A DNA stretch of 64,000 nt from Octopus bimaculoides (Eukaryota). Below, piece after piece: positions 1-12,539 of the stretch. Position numbers and translations under genes: made by a program. A model generated the notes under the pieces. The model made no database searches, had not been told where the DNA came from, and was given only the letters and a program-made list of their open reading frames with translations. The stretch's first letter is position 1. Each line of letters opens with the position of its first letter. The stretch is from assembly GCF_001194135.2 (NCBI RefSeq), contig NC_068987.1, positions 53,267,963 to 53,331,962 on the forward strand, in the 5' to 3' direction.

Positions 1-656
1 TATGTTTTTTTAAACTTCAGTTACAAATGTCTTCAAACGTCGACATTCAAACAGCTTTTCCATATAGAGACAAACGGACTCTGCACAATTGTATCCATCT
101 GGGAACGCGTTTTCAATAATTGAAATTCACAATTCTAATCAGTGTACATGAACGTCTAGCCTATGATTGATCTTGAACAGTTTCGATTAACATTCTTGTG
201 TTGCCAATACAACAACCGCACTACCATATATTTTTCTTTTAAGGCGAGGTTATACGACAAATAAGGTTCCGTGACTACATGGGGCTATGGGTACACACGT
301 GAAGTTAGTTTTACAATATCGATCCGCAAAATTCTTAGCATCGTATTGTTTTTGGGTTGTTCTTACTTGTTTTTGTTTTGGGAATTTTTATTTTTTTTTA
401 TTTTTAGTTCTTTTTATTATTCAAAATATACATAGGAAATAACATGTATATTCTAGAAATGTTTCTGTTATTTCAAAATATGATCATAGAAATCAGGTTG
501 TCACAAGGCTGGAAATATATGCGAAACCGGATAATTTATAATCTTTCAAAAATGGTGTTCCAATGTAGGATTACTATCATGTTATTATTGGCAATCACTT
601 ATGAAGACTACCAAATGAATAAATGTCCATCTACGAAGAAACGAATTTGGACATGA

Positions 657-712
657 AGGTGGTGCTCCAGCATGGCCTTAGTCAAATGACTGAAACAAGT
701 TAAAGATTAAAA
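657..712 (+). mobile_element. 3' tail fragment of the main tRNA-derived SINE (family A)
   Basis: ggtgctccagcatggcc..agtcaaatgactgaaacaag matches the reverse complement of the tail of the full copy at 48313-48815. Confidence 0.7.
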
Positions 713-1287
713 GGAATGAAATATGTATTCTGAAGAGAACATAGTAAGCACAATATATAATTGCATATTGAAATCGTTTTGCAATACAGAGGTGCAAAAA
801 TCCGCACATATTTAAATAAGACCGTATGTTTCATAACGATATTTTGGATTATATAAAACTTATGATTGTAATATAAAAACTAAATATGATACCAATATCG
901 AAGACCATTTGGGAAGACCATTTGCCACTGAATCCCAAAAGAACTCAGTAAATCTCAGCAACTATAATGTATCTCAACCTCGTGGATGGCTTCTGTTATG
1001 TCGTCCGTTCCCCCAAACATCTATCATCGAGATTAAACTATAAGCAATATCTATATTGTCTTGAATATCCATTATGTTCAGGAAACAGTTTTTCGTTTCT
1101 TTTTTGGGCATATATATGAATGTCTGTTGTTACACATATCCTATGTACAGGGGAGTAATTCACTCTAGAAATTGAATTTTATATATTTCTGTAATTTCTC
1201 ACCAAATCTTTCTTAATATCAAATCAGTAACCCCTACAAAATCACACATAAGTGATGTGTTTCAATCTTATATATTCAGAAGTAATG

Positions 1288-1350
1288 TGTATGTGTGTGT
1301 ATTTATGTGTGTGTGTGTGTGTGTGCGTGTGTGTGTGCGTGTGTGTGTAA
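1288..1350. repeat. (GT)n microsatellite, imperfect
   Basis: Direct reading. Confidence 0.95.
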
Positions 1351-2444
1351 CGCGTGTGTATGTTTGAAACTGCGTGCGTGGTAGTGTATTAATTTGTAAC
1401 TCTATGTGTGTTCATTCAGGCATATATAAATGTGAGTGTTTGCTTGAAACCATTTATTATTTGGTTGAGGAATACAGGTTTGTGAGTTTGGTGCACTCAT
1501 ACTTCAATGACTCGTGAGATTTTACAGAAATTGTCAATCCAATTCCATTTGCCGTAAATGAAATGCAAGTCCATAAAATTTTAGTGAAAATGATTTCGAT
1601 GTTAATATTTTTGCAATTCATTCACATATTTGTACTCTTTTTTATTTTAAATATTCTATTTTACCATAATGCGTTAGTGAAACTGTTCGATTCCATTGAA
1701 TAAAAATATAATAGTCTAGTATGGTGAAAATTCGTTCCCTTGGCACATGATTCAATAAACTCTGTGTTTGCCAACAACGAATACCCATCGTTTCTCAGTA
1801 TGGAAGATATTTGTGATAAAAGCCAATAGTATAATATTTCGTTCCTTCCATTTCATACGCTAACATGTCATGTAGTACTAGTGATATGCACAGAAAACGA
1901 TATATTTCTCTTCTGACGTGTCATTCACAAGAATGTAATCAATACATTTTTATCTCTGCTCTTACAATTTTTATATTTTTCATTTCTGATTTTCGCTTAC
2001 ATTGTTCGCTGATGTTTTTGCTTCATGATTCAAGGTCCACCTCCTACTCTCAATCATTATCTTAGTCGTGATCACCATTTTCATTTATATGTTTTAAATG
2101 TTTTCTTCTAATATTTATCGTCGTTTCCTTGAAATGAATCCTGCTGAATTGCTTCCTTAAATGTGAAAACATAGCATTGGTTACTCGTCACATTCCGAAA
2201 TAGAGAGTAGACACTGTGCAATTACAATATCAACATACACGATCCTCGTAATGTTCATATCTTTAAAGCATAGCTAGTCACCAGTAAGTATTCAAAGCGT
2301 GGTGCACTGAACAATTAATTGTAAGAGAGGAAAAATATGAACAGGACGAGAGATACCAGGTAATAAAGCTTAAAACGTTCTCCTTATCAAGCGGAATATG
2401 ATTTAATTTTATTATTACTTAGAATGGGGGAAAGGATGTGAGAT

Positions 2445-2597
2445 GTCAGAATTCCTACCATCTAAATACAAATTCCGCGGAGGTCTACTTGTCATTCATT
2501 CTTTCGGGTCGATATACTATATCCCAGTAAAGTAGTGGGGTCGAATCGACTCATCCCCTCACCCAAAATTGCTGGCGTTGTGTCAAAATTTGAAACT
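2445..2597 (+). mobile_element. Degenerate tRNA/CORE-type SINE (family C)
   Basis: caaattccgcggaggtctacttgtcattcattctttcgggtcgata...gtggggtcgaatcgactcatcccctcacccaaaattgctggcgttgtgtcaaaatttg resembles a B-box plus CORE-like SINE body recalled from octopus genomes. Confidence 0.55.
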
Positions 2598-3008
2598 ATT
2601 ATTACATAGAGTGGGTAACATTTTTCTTTAAATAATTGCGATAATTGTCAAGATTCCTTAAGCAAGCATTACGCAACTACGAGAGCTGAAACCGACAATT
2701 GTTATGCATCGTATTAGGAAGTTCCAATGTCAGTGATATAAGACTATGTATGCGATCCAATTTTGAAACAATTAAATTTGCGCATAACATTCCATTTCCA
2801 AAGCTCGAAGAAATAGATGTGAAGATTTCTGTTCTTAAGAAAAGCCGGCCCACATTGATGTCTCTTGTAGTGGGAATTAGATTGTAGATTCAGTAGCACA
2901 TATGTTACATGGAAAAATTAGTTTCCTTATATCAGGAGGGTATTCACAGGAAATATCATTCACGTGCAGAGATATGAACAGATATACGTATAATGATAGA
3001 AATGTGCA

Positions 3009-3125
<117 letters not shown>

Positions 3126-3154
3126 TCATGTATTTGTGTATATATTTACATATT

Positions 3155-3960
3155 TCCGCCGGCTCTGTAGTGACGATCACGACTTTGAAACACAGTCCCA
3201 ACTCATTGTTTACCACACCTTCCAACTTTATCCAAGCCGTCATCACCCGTGCTTGGTCTGTTAACCGTCCATCCTTTCCCTCTTTCTCTATCTCTTTCTG
3301 TCTCTCTCTCCACACTCACCCCATCCTTAATCGCTTCCTCTTTCCCCACGCCCACCACAGTCCCAACCCAACACTCCAATGCACTATTCTCCTGGCTTTC
3401 CACTGACTCAAGCTTGACTTCCTTTACCTCGCACATGTTCCTTACCTGCCTCTTGTCCTCCTTGAAACACGTTCATAACCTACGTCATACTCTGGTCAGC
3501 AACTCTTCCCTACTCCTGTCACCCCGGATCTGGCTCTTTCTACTGCTCTTACCCACGCTGTCTCACATGTACCTACTCCTCTAGTACCATTACCTTCATT
3601 GGCATCCAGCACTACCTCTACGACAATACGATTCATTCAACTGCATCTCCAGCAGTGCAATCTTCTGTTATCTCCTGCTCTCTTTTTTTTTTCACTGTAT
3701 ACTGACCAAATGGGCCGGCATTAAACGACCGGTTTGCCAAATATCTTTGGGACATCAGATTTAATAATAGCACCACTCTCTCAGGCAACTTCCACTTCAT
3801 CCGTTATTCACTAAAACATCAGGCTATGTTCGGACTGGCCTTGCACAGGAGATTCCCGGTCACCTGCATCCGTCAAGAGCAGTAATTTATTTCCTCTTTT
3901 CATTCCGCAGTTCCTCCTAGTCTCAAATCCTCACCTCACTTCATCTAAACCCACCTCCAC
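3155..3960 (+). mobile_element. Penelope-like element remnant (RT thumb, Cys linker, GIY-YIG endonuclease), Neptune-like, frameshifted
   Basis: Manual translation across frames: RRLCSDDHDFETQSQL, HNLRHTLVS, YCSYPRCLTCTY (Cys linker), SFNCISSS, YTDQMGRH/LNDRFAKYLWDIR, HQAMFGLALH...RQEQ. Motif order is that of a PLE C-terminus. Confidence 0.7.
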
Positions 3961-4720
3961 ACACATTCATACGCACCACACATAGTACCCACACCACACA
4001 CACCGTAATTCCCTTACATTATACACATACACCTATGTACACATACACTCATGCATGCACACGCACACACATTCCGTGCCATTCCACAAACACGAGGACC
4101 CACAAAATCCAAAACTCTATCTACCGTCGCCCCTATTCCACCTCGTATCTTGATCCACATTGCCCCCATATGCATCACTCCACAACACGCATATATGTCA
4201 GATAGCTTCACACACATACAAGCGCCCACAAGCACGGTCGCCTGCGCTTACATATACACGCTTAAGCACAATCAATATTGACGTGTAAGCACACATAATA
4301 CACACGCATGCAGTGTCACACACACATTTTATGCACAGACACACGCACAAAAGATTACAAACGCTCACATACACTCGCACGAAGCCCACATGCACACATT
4401 AGATTCTACACACTTGTGTTTGCATGCACACTCACTAACGCAGACATTTGGTTGTCTCACACATTCACACAGATATACACACGTCGACACAAACGACGCA
4501 CATATAAACACCCGTAGCACAGAGGAACACATCGTTCCACACACGTGCATGTATTTGTATAGCTTACACATATACATGCACTAAAACGATCGTACTCACG
4601 CACATGCTTCACACAGAGATACACATCCGATCACCCATACGTACATATACACACATATTATCCTCACATACGAACACAGGCTTGCGCATCCACAATTTAT
4701 CCATGTTTTTGTTGTCTCCC
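3960..4720. repeat. Cryptic CA-rich low-complexity tract
   Basis: About 750 bp of degenerate (CA)/(CACG)/(CATA) units; explains the overlapping His/Thr-rich ORFs. Confidence 0.85.
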
Positions 4721-5533
4721 TTTCCATCAACCATTTACTTGTAGTCAATTCAACATGTGAATTCGTCAATCCAGATACGTACCTACTCTCACTTTCTCTC
4801 TCTCACTCTCTCTCTTCTCTGATTTTGCTTTTTCTAAATTTTTGAACCATATATACATACATATGTGTGCGTATGCCTGTATGTGAGTGTGTGTGCGTGT
4901 TTTGTGCGTGTGCGTTGTGTGCGCATATGTGTTCGGTGGTATCAATATATATATACATATATATATACATACCCACACAAACATACACTTACATAGGGAC
5001 ATACTTATGGAAATATTTGTATGTATGAGGTTTTCAGCGTTTATAGTTACAGGAGTTTGTATATTTTAAGTCTCCTTCTTGTGTGTTTAGAGAAGTTACG
5101 AATATTGCGCAGGAAAACAAGAAGCTGGATTGTTCCGTATACATGGGAGCATTGATATATACTCACACATGCGCATACAAAACAAGCGCATGCACAAACA
5201 AACACACTCTTGTATGCGTATGTGTGAGTGTGTCTGTATGTGTGTGTGTGTGTCTTTGTATGCATTATATTATGTAGCCTACATAATACATATACTCCGT
5301 TGAGAAGCCAGTTACTGCGGTATATTTCCTGTTATTACATCACTTATGGAGGTGCCGAATTAAGAATCACAAAAACAATCGGCTCACCGACGGCTATCGA
5401 ATTGACTGGCTAAATTTCTTTTGCCTCTGTGTGTGTATGTGTGTGTCTGTGTGTGTGTGTGTGTGTGTCTGTGTGTGTGTGCTTGTGTGTGTGTGTGAAC
5501 GTTCGTTTCTGCATGCATATATAACTACATAGG

Positions 5534-5914
5534 TTGTTGGCACTCCGTCGCCTACGACATCGAGAGTTCCAGCTGATCCGATCAACGGAACAGCCTGCTG
5601 GTGAAATTAACGTGCAAGTAGCTGAGCAATCCACAGACACGCGTACCCGTAACGTAGTTCTCGGGGATATTCAGCGTGACACAGTATGACAAGGCTGACC
5701 CTTTGAAATACAGATAGAACAGAAACAGGAAGAAAGAGTGAGAGAAAGTTGTGCTGAAAGAGTACAGCAGGGTTCGCCACCATCCCCTGCCGGAGCCGCG
5801 TGGAGCTTTAGGTGTTTTCGCTCAATAAACACTCACAGCGCCCGGTCTGGGAATCGAAACCGCGATCCTATGACCGCGTGTCCACTGCCCTAACCACTGG
5901 GCTATTGCGCCTCC
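5534..5914 (-). mobile_element. Full-length tRNA-derived SINE (family B) with 14-bp target-site duplication
   Basis: Minus-strand head ggaggcgcaatagcccagtggttagggcagtggacacgcggtcataggatcgcggtttcgattccc contains A- and B-boxes; tail ends ...gacggagtgccaacaa; tataactacatagg is duplicated exactly at 5520-5533 and 5915-5928. Confidence 0.9.
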
Positions 5915-6411
5915 TATAACTACATAGGAGTCCAGTGGAAAATATTCACAAGAGCAATGTGATACTACTGTAGTTGGAATAGGAAATGAGATGTAATATA
6001 TCTAGTACTTAGCCTCATTTTAACTCAGAAATATACTAAATGACTGATACAAGGAAAACGCAAGAAGTAACTGTATCTTTAGAGTACAAGTTAAACGCAA
6101 CTAAAAGCTGAAGGAAGTTCAATCAAATGGAAACCTATCATTTATAAATGAAGTGTGGTATTTAAGACTATTTTGTCTTTAGGTACCTATACAAAAAGTC
6201 ATAATCATCATGGAACACATTTGATCAGTGTATGTTTANNNNNNNNNNNNNNNNNNNNNNNNNNNNNNNNNNNNNNNNNNNNNNNNNNNNNNNNNNNNNN
6301 NNNNNNNNNNNNNNNNNNNNNNNNNNNNNNNNNNNNNNNNNNNNNNNNNNNNNNNNNNNNNNNNNNNNNNNNNNNNNNNNNNNNNNNNNNNNNNNNNNNN
6401 NNNNNNNNNNN

Positions 6412-6663
6412 GGACGTAAACACACCAGCATCGGTTGTCAAGCGATGTTGGTGGGACAAACACAGACACACACATATATATATACATATACATATATACG
6501 ACAGGCTTCTTTCAGTTTCTGTCTACCAAATCCACTCACAAGGCTTTGGTCGGCCCGAGGCTATAGTAAACGATACTTGTCCAAGGTGCCACGCAGTGGG
6601 ACTGAACCCGGAACCATGTGGTTGGTAAACAAGCTACATTCCACACAGCCACTCCTGCGCCTA
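6412..6663 (-). mobile_element. SINE family A, 5' two-thirds (tail lost in the N gap)
   Basis: Minus head taggcgcaggagtggctgtgtgg...ccgggttcagtcccactgcgtggcacc; internal CA/TA microsatellite; near-identical to 48313-48815. Confidence 0.9.
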
Positions 6664-8440
6664 GGTATAAACTGCTCGCAAGTGATAGGTAAAATTTGAG
6701 GAGATTTATTTTTTTTAAATCAGAAAAAAATTATTTTCATATTCAGGAAAAAATGGATCTTTCTGTATAACATCTCAGATAAGAAATTTTTATTAGGAGC
6801 TATAACTGAAATGATTTTTAATTTGCATAACTACCATCAGTCTATCAATCAAAAGAAATTGGGCAATTACACACACTTTGATAACTCCGGTAGTTCCTTA
6901 TATTTTGAATCATGTATATAAACAATGCTAAACGCAGGGAAATTTCTCTTGTTAGACAGTCCAATAAAAGACAAAATATAGCGGCTAACATTAACAAGCC
7001 CCCATACGAAATGCGGTGAAATTACGATTAATTTAAGGTAGAATTCAATTTTCATGCGTAAGAAGAAAACATCAGGTCTCCTGATGAATAGACTGATTGC
7101 AACAGAATATCTCTGTAACATTAGAACTGATGAACATAGCATGAGTTAACCAAGTTTTCTAAGATAAGTGGACATTGATATTTACAAAGAGAATTATAGG
7201 GTGAATAGTTTCGCAAGCGTAATTTCAATAATTAGAAGAATAAGTTCAACAACAGCATACAACTAGAGGTGGGCAGTTAACATGTTGTGAACCGTGATAT
7301 AATTTATATGATTCATATAATTTATACGGAGCACACTGTCCTTCATTCAGATGGATAAATATATGGATGCATTTATATACATTTTTTTATGTGTGAACAA
7401 TTTTATATGTGCATGTGCGTTTATACAGTTGCAAGTATAGAGTGAGAGGGAGAGCAAGAGATATATTGATACATATATAAATGCATATATATATATATAT
7501 ATATATANNNNNNNNNNNNNNNNNNNNNNNNNNNNNNNNNNNNNNNNNNNNNNNNNNNNNNNNNNNNNNNNNNNNNNNNNNNNNNNNNNNNNNNNNNNNN
7601 NNNNNNNNNNNNNNNNNNNNNNNNNNNNNNNNNNNNNNNNNNNNNNNNNNNNNNNNNNNNNNNNNNNNNNNNNNNNNNNNNNNNNNNNNNNNNNNNNNNN
7701 NNNNNNNNNNNNNNNNNNNNNNNNNNNNNNNNNNNNNNNNNNNNNNNNNNNNNNNNNNNNNNNNNNNNNNNNNNNNNNNNNNNNNNNNNNNNNNNNNNNN
7801 NNNNNNNNNNNNNNNNNNNNNNNNNNNNNNNNNNNNNNNNNNNNNNNNNNNNNNNNNNNNNNNNNNNNNNNNNNNNNNNNNNNNNNNNNNNNNNNNNNNN
7901 NNNNNNNNNNNNNNNNNNNNNNNNNNNNNNNNNNNNNNNNNNNNNNNNNNNNNNNNNNNNNNNNNNNNNNNNNNNNNNNNNNNNNNNNNNNNNNNNNNNN
8001 NNNNNNNNNNNNNNNNNNNNNNNNNNNNNNNNNNNNNNNNNNNNNNNNNNNNNNNNNNNNNNNNNNNNNNNNNNNNNNNNNNNNNNNNNNNNNNNNNNNN
8101 NNNNNNNNNNNNNNNNNNNNNNNNNNNNNNNNNNNNNNNNNNNNNNNNNNNNNNNNNNNNNNNNNNNNNNNNNNNNNNNNNNNNNNNNNNNNNNNNNNNN
8201 NNNNNNNNNNNNNNNNNNNNNNNNNNNNNNNNNNNNNNNNNNNNNNNNNNNNNNNNNNNNNNNNNNNNNNNNNNNNNNNNNNNNNNNNNNNNNNNNNNNN
8301 NNNNNNNNNNNNNNNNNNNNNNNNNNNNNNNNNNNNNNNNNNNNATATATATATATATATATGTATGTATGTATGTATGAATGTATATATGTATGTATCT
8401 ATGTATCTATGTATGTACGCATTTATGTATTATATATATC

Positions 8441-9120
8441 AAAATTGCTGTGTACTGTGCTTGTGTACTGACATCGCTCCTTTACTCATGTGAGACATGG
8501 ACCATTTACAAACGTCAGTGTAAAGGTCCTTGAACGCTACCATCACAGATGTTTGAGACACATTCTGAATGTTGGCTGGACTTTAAAAACACCAGACACA
8601 CAGGTCCTGAGGACAGCTGGTATCTTGAGTATTGAGGCGATTGTGCACAAGCACCAGTTATGTTGAATTGGACACCTTATTAGAATAAAGAATAGTAGGA
8701 TCCCTAAACAGATGCTATATGGGGAACGTGTTAGTGGAAAGAAATCCCTGTAGAAACGAAGGCTGTGATTTAAGGACTGTGTCAAGGCATTAAAAGCCTG
8801 TGATATGCGGGAGACCGACTGGAAGAGCAATGCCTGCCATCTCCGCAGATGGAGGAAGCAGGATAAGAAGAGGGTCGACACCTTTGAAAAAGCACGTATT
8901 CTTCATGAAGAATTTAAGCGTGCTGCTCTCAAAAGCACAGTGCTAGCGTAGTGAATGGGGAATGTTTGGTTTGCAATGTTTCCAGTCGTGTATGCTTAGC
9001 GAGAGCAAGGCTCTTTAGCCGCCAATAGAGCCGCAAATGCAAAATATAAGTTAGTCCTAGAGCGTACTATGTTCCTAAAGGTCAGCAATGGTCATCCTTG
9101 GTCATGAGCGGACGATTATC
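8441..9120 (+). mobile_element. RTE-clade LINE, 5'-truncated 3' end of ORF2 plus 3' UTR
   Basis: KIAVYCACVLTSLLYSCETWTIYKRQ / LERYHHRCLRHILNVGW...VLRTAGILSIEAIVHKHQLC*IGHLIRIKNSRIPKQMLYGE...FKDCVKALKACD matches the conserved post-RT region of RTE elements; contains stops and frameshifts. Confidence 0.85.
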
Positions 9121-10501
9121 ATGTACTTATATTTATATACATTATTATCGAAGTGTGAGAATGAGTGCCGAACACTGCATTCGGGGCCAAACGCTGTTAA
9201 TCCGTGGGTTAATAAGATACCAATTCTTTCATAAAGGGAAGGACATCTCTCAACAATTATTGAGCCATATGGGGTCAAACGTCGTTAGAAACTGTATGTG
9301 CGTGTGTGCGTATGCGTGCGTGTGTGTGTATGTGTGTATGTGTGTGTGTGTGTGTGTGCGTGTGTGCATACGTGTGAATGTCTCACTATCTCCGTTGCTC
9401 TTAAAACCTAATAAACGTCAAGTATATATACTGCTACAAATATTTCACCAATGTCTTTTACTGTTATGTCCATCTCCCTTTTTTATTATGTTAATCATGA
9501 ATAGAAAGTCTTTTAGAATCAGATATTCATGCTTGGGTAAGTCAGGGACAACATCATGCCGAAAAACTAATTCATCATCATCTCGACTTGAATATAAATG
9601 TAAAATCAAATCTTACTGCCATTCAAGTTAAAATGTTCGTCGAAAAGAGACAGTAGAGGCTATGTATACAACTGATGCAAGTTATATACGCTCCCAGGAA
9701 AATAAAAAGAAACTTACATTTTATAAGATAAACGAAATCTTCAGTAAAACTTCACGTACAAAATATGCTGCCTCCTTTTCCTTTCTCTACGAATGTATTA
9801 GATACTGACAAGAAACGAGTAAGTCTCAGAAACCGAGAGAATAGCAGAAGTAAAACTGTACCATGGCTGGCTGTAGTAATAGTTACAACATATATGAAAA
9901 CTCTGATATTCAAATCCATGTTTTGAATAGGGGTAAGGAAACATTATTTTGATGCTCATTAAAAAAAAAGCAATTACCTTCAAATACTTCGAAATTAATT
10001 ATGTATTAAGCGTATTCATCTCTGTATTAACCGTATTCATCATTGATATATTGTCAATGATTATTGGAGCTGTAGAATGCAGAAAACTTGAATAATTTAA
10101 TTTTGTAACGCTTACACTTCAGCATTTTATCTCATTGAAAAGGAGGAGAGATTTATATCTACTTTAATTGCCTTATCTGCCTACAAATCGGTTTATATAT
10201 ATATATATATNNNNNNNNNNNNNNNNNNNNNNNNNNNNNNNNNNNNNNNNNNNNNNNNNNNNNNNNNNNNNNNNNNNNNNNNNNNNNNNNNNNNNNNNNN
10301 NNNNNNNNNNNNNNNNNNNNNNNNNNNNNNNNNNNNNNNNNNNNNNNNNNNNNNNNNNNNNNNNNNNNNNNNNNNNNNNNNNNNNNNNNNNNNNNNNNNN
10401 NNNNNNNNNNNNNNNNNNNNNNNNNNNNNNNNNNNNNNNNNNNNNNNNNNNNNNNNNNNNNNNNNNNNNNNNNNNNNNNNNNNNNNNNNNNNNNNNNNNN
10501 N

Positions 10502-10583
<82 letters not shown>

Positions 10584-11187
10584 GATATTGATGGTAGGGA
10601 TTGAGATACTTGTGATTCATAATTGAAGTATGCTGTATGTGTCTTGAGATTATAATTCTATCTATACGAAGAAGACATCTATTTCCATTTATATTGGTTA
10701 TGTATCAATCATATAATTGGTACACTGGAGACCAATATTAAAATATGTGGGTGTAATCATCAAATTTCACACATAGAATATGCGTTTGTACTTCTTAAAA
10801 TTATAATTTTAAATTAAGGTAGATGTTACATCAATTTCGATGCTTTTAATGAAATGTGTATTTGCCGAAATGCCTTTAGCATCTTGCAGTCTTCACTACT
10901 CGAATTCAAATTATGTCTATCTTTTACATGTTAACATAATTTATGTAAAGGTAATATGTGATCGGAGCTATCTCTTCAAATGGGTCTGGATCGGTGGCAT
11001 CATTTTTGGGGTGGGGGATTTTGAATGTTTTTTATCATTACAAAACCACCACCGTACGATGAAACTAGAATGCACAACAAACCGGAGCAGCGATGAGACA
11101 TCAACTGAGTAAGCTCAAATATAATGGTCTACAATAGAACTTGATGCTTTTACTCACATATATTATAAAAACACCTACATACCTATA

Positions 11188-11346
11188 CCTGTGTGGTAAG
11201 AAACTTGGTTCCAGACCACATGGTCCCGGGTCCAGTCCGACTGCATAGCACCTTTGGAAAGTACCTTCTATTATAGCCTCGGGTCGATAAACGCCTTGTG
11301 AGTGGATTTGGTAGACGGAAACTGAAAGAAACCCGTCGGATGTATA
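11188..11346 (+). mobile_element. SINE family A head and body, ending where the internal (TA)n begins
   Basis: ctgtgtggtaagaaacttgg...ccgggtccagtccgactgc...gccttgtgagtggatttggtagacggaaactgaaagaaacccgtcg is homologous to 6412-6663. Confidence 0.85.
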
Positions 11347-12224
11347 CGCGGTTTGATCAAGAAGTATCCGCACTTCTTGATCAGACGCCATAGTAACGAC
11401 CCTAAAGTACACATAGTGAAGCCTCTTGGCACAGATTGACCACAAACTCTGCTGTGCATGTGCATTATGTTTTTAACGATTTATCTCACTTCTGCTCTTT
11501 AGAGCAGTGCATGGTAGGAAGGTGTGTAGCACGTGATCGTCGCATTGACTATATCAAAGAAAGCTGTAATGGCGATACATGCGTAGAGGCCAGCGCAAAG
11601 TTGCAGAAAGTGTATGGAGAGGAGTGTATCAGCCACACACATGTGTATGTGTGATTCAGATGTTTCCAAGATGGCGGAAAAATGTCGATATTGACGAACG
11701 TTTTGGGAGACCCGGACACAGCAGAACTGAGAAAAACATCGCAGATATGCGTGTAACCGTGTGGGGAAATCATCGAATCACCATACGTGAGTTATCAGAG
11801 GATGTGCAAATTAGTTACGGTTCAGTTCAGTCCATTATCACTGAAGATGTGTGAATGAGATGCGTGTCTGACACGTTTGTGGCAAAACAGCTTTCAGCTG
11901 ACCAAAAAGACACTCAGTATTCAGTTGCACAAGATCCCTTTCATCATGTCGTGAACGATGGACACTTTTTGTAAACTTTGCTTAAATCTCTGAGCACGTA
12001 TCACCAAGCTGCTGGCAAAATTTGAAGCAGATTCTCTGCTCAACTTTCTCTGTTATGTTCAATCCGACGACCACACGCTATACACCTTCCTTCCCAGGAC
12101 TGTGGTAAATAGCGGATGTGAGCGCATGCACAGCAGTGTTCAAGCTCAATCAGTGCCAAGCAACTTTACTCTGTGTGATTTAGCTTCGTTACTAGGGCAA
12201 CAGTCATGATACTTATTGACCACG
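11347..12224 (+). mobile_element. Internally deleted mariner element with long (~110 bp) imperfect TIRs and TA TSD
   Basis: 11347-11462 is an inverted copy of ~12122-12224; flanked by TA at 11345-11346 and 12225-12226; interior encodes a mariner N-terminus (KLQKVYGEECISHTHVYV*F...DIDERFGRP...RITIRELSEDVQISYGSVQSIITEDV*MRCVS); no catalytic domain. Confidence 0.85.
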
Positions 12225-12539
12225 TATATATATACATATATATATAAATTCAATTAGAGTTTATGTAGTCTCATGAAGGAATGGTGCCATCGAAGGAAAT
12301 ACTGGTTCCATATCTAATATTTGGGGGTAAATGATTTCTTTAAAATAATCGGTATAGATATATAAACATAGCTTATATTTATATAAAAGAAGAAGAAAAT
12401 GGATATTGGGAAGTTGTTGTTTGTTAATAACATCAAATCAAACATCATCACGTAGAGCTGTTTCAATTAAAGCTCAGTGAATTAATTGATTATTAAATTC
12501 ATATGCCCTGAGCATTATATCTTCAGAGGGAAAACAAAA

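Noticed and set aside
7081-7115. CTGATGA as a second hammerhead
   Set aside because: No stem II and no GAAA box at a usable distance.
9800-9925. Short frame DTDKKRVSLRNRENSRSKTVPWLAVVIVTT resembling a GPCR loop-TM junction
   Set aside because: Only 41 codons, ends in a stop, no flanking TM exons; not distinguishable from chance.
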